Source of the DNA: Mobula hypostoma
Lineage: Eukaryota
Assembly: GCF_963921235.1 (NCBI RefSeq)
Contig: NC_086097.1
Coordinates: forward strand, 77,688,001-77,752,000
DNA: 64,000 nucleotides
Direction: 5' to 3'
Made by a program: the position numbers and the translations under genes. Of this stretch, positions 63,626 through 64,000 are shown piece by piece (position 1 is the stretch's first letter; every line of letters starts with the position of its first letter). The notes under the pieces were generated by a model. That model was not told where the DNA came from, searched no databases, and was given only the letters and a program-made list of their open reading frames with translations.

Positions 63626-64000
63626 TCGCATCCCTAAAAATCCTCTCCAGTAGCTTCCCCAACACGGTGTGAGACTCACCTGCAGCTTCCAAGTTTATTT
63701 TGTTTTCCCACTTGAATTATGGAGCATCATTAGCTTCTTCCAGGACCAAGCCTGTGTCTAGAGAGGACACAAAGGTCAGGGCCTCAGTATATTGTGATTT
63801 TATAAAAATTCGTGGGTCCTCATCACAACAGCCCTCCTTTTTGTAGCACTTGCAAAGTTGTTTGCTATACGTGTGTGTTCTACATCCAAGTCAATAATCT
63901 ACATTGAAGGGAGTTGGAGTCCTAGCAGTGACCCCTGTGAAATGCTACTGGTTAGAGACTGCCAAGATGAAAATTACCTCCCTATGTTACTCATTGCTTC

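Larger units (their letters stand above)
61170..63960 (-). mobile_element. Old CR1 broken by nested insertions
   Basis: Reverse CR1 relics (AVDVVYMEFISKPFD; ccaggcagcttcctggtaaacctc) resume after each insert. Confidence 0.7.

Noticed and set aside
1..64000. Prokaryotic systems (CRISPR arrays, operons, defence islands), rRNA, endogenous non-retroviral virus genes
   Set aside because: The sequence is repeat-rich vertebrate DNA; no spacer-repeat arrays, rRNA or viral hallmark proteins were seen.

Overview
Eukaryotic (vertebrate) genomic DNA, most likely a cartilaginous fish (shark/ray); this is inferred from the repeat families present. A large part of the window is decayed, nested transposable elements: CR1 and Rex1/Babar LINEs, Penelope-like GIY-YIG retroelements, a Gypsy gag-pro relic and solo LTRs, hAT-Charlie and Tc1/mariner/pogo DNA elements, and tRNA/V-SINEs. 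I see no intact protein-coding gene, and nearly all long ORFs in the track are TE remnants. The main observation is in the unique sequence between TEs. On the + strand from about 60 to about 60,700 there are at least 20 short segments that translate, across stops and frameshifts, into RGS (regulator of G-protein signalling) domain motifs of the RGS22/RGSL1 type, several with good splice sites. I read this as a large, heavily decayed multi-RGS-domain pseudogene that the ORF track does not reveal. The family assignment comes from by-eye comparison with remembered motifs and needs an HMM or tBLASTn check. Second, the Penelope-like elements and short TSD-flanked derivatives carry minimal type I hammerhead ribozyme motifs. 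TE boundaries without TSDs are approximate.
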